From Macrostomum lignano (lineage: Eukaryota), in contig NIVC01000126.1 of NCBI GenBank assembly GCA_002269645.1, forward strand, positions 744,001 to 808,000: 64,000 nt of DNA, written 5' to 3'. The translations under genes and the position numbers were made by a program. Shown here piece after piece: positions 63,453 through 64,000 of the stretch. The notes below the pieces were generated by a model, which had not been told where the DNA came from, did no database searches, and was given only the letters and a program-made list of their open reading frames with translations. Within the stretch, counting starts at the first letter, position 1; the number at the start of each line of letters is the position of its first letter.

Positions 63453-64000
63453 TCAGGGTCGCGGGTCCTGCGCCGTCGGGGACGTCGGGCGGCCGCCGGC
63501 GTTTCTTCGGCTTGTCGACTTCAGGATCGATGTCCTCGTGTAGTCAGCGTCAGGCACGAGCAGAAGGTTCCGGCGATGGACGACTAATTCGTCTCGTCTA
63601 GCTCTCGGGTTGGGCAGTCTCCGTCGAATCTTGTAGACAACCTCGCCCTTAGGCTCGACGACTTCATACAGTGCTTTGCGCGGTCGGTGAAACTTCGCCG
63701 CCTCGTCCGGTTCAAGCACCGGATTGTTGAGGAAGACCAGATCACCGGGTTGAAGCTTCTTGGCGGCGGGCAGGTTCGAATAGTGCTCGTCTCGCAGTTG
63801 CTGGTGCAGATGCAGGCGCTCCTTGGCTAGCTCAGTCGCCTCGTCCAGGCGACGTTGGAAGTCCTTGACGTAGTCGGGCAGGTCGGCGTACTCGGGCAGC
63901 TTCTTCAGCGCGTTGTCGATCGGGAGTCGGAAGTCACGGCCGAACACCAGGTAGTGAGGCGTGAAGCCGGTCACCGGGTGCACGCTGGAGCGGAGAGCCA
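63453..64000 (-). CDS. Retroelement integrase, C-terminal part (partial)
   Basis: ALRSSVHPVTGFTPHYLVFGRDFRLPID...LQPGDLVFL...YEVVEPKGEVVYKI...VVHRRNL, i.e. end of the core domain plus the GPY/F-type C-terminal domain. Confidence 0.88.
   Translation of the reverse strand, partial: ALRSSVHPVTGFTPHYLVFGRDFRLPIDNALKKLPEYADLPDYVKDFQRRLDEATELAKERLHLHQQLRDEHYSNLPAAKKLQPGDLVFLNNPVLEPDEAAKFHRPRKALYEVVEPKGEVVYKIRRRLPNPRARRDELVVHRRNLLLVPDADYTRTSILKSTSRRNAGGRPTSPTAQDPRP

Larger units (their letters stand above)
61461..64000 (-). mobile_element. 3' part of a second Ty3/Gypsy LTR retrotransposon, antisense in a TRPC4AP intron
   Basis: Integrase C-terminal part, about 1 kb of 3' region, PPT GAACGGGGAGAG (plus 62457-62468), then an LTR TGTAGTG...TACTTCA abutting the 21-bp minisatellite. 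Confidence 0.88.

Overview
This is animal genomic DNA, not prokaryotic. It has GT-AG spliceosomal introns, TTAGGG repeats and a very heavy load of micro- and minisatellites. The style suggests a flatworm such as Macrostomum lignano; that is my inference and is unverified. Six protein-coding genes or gene parts were reconstructed by hand: the 3' end of an SLC6/NSS-like transporter (+), a myosuppressin/DMSR-like peptide GPCR (-), an intronless orphan 4-TM protein (+), RNF11 (-), SMARCB1/SNF5 (+, head-to-head with RNF11) and a 5' part of TRPC4AP (+). Mobile elements are a near-intact young Ty3/Gypsy retrotransposon with a -1 frameshift signal, the 3' part of a second Gypsy, two foldback-type MITEs with TSDs, two SINE families and a non-autonomous Helitron family. 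The Helitron is the most interesting structure. Two copies are joined head-to-tail (CTAG|TC) and a third, 5'-truncated copy sits in a SMARCB1 intron. The two full copies carry a 23-bp satellite array, and all three carry TTAGGG tracts and nested decayed 3' terminators. Other oddities are a ~2.2-kb AT-rich CpG desert in SMARCB1 intron 1, a 6.4-kb (GATA)n array and a different minisatellite in almost every intron. No CRISPR array, rRNA or tRNA gene was found. Most long ORFs in the supplied track are artefacts of tandem repeats. All coordinates and counts were read by eye.
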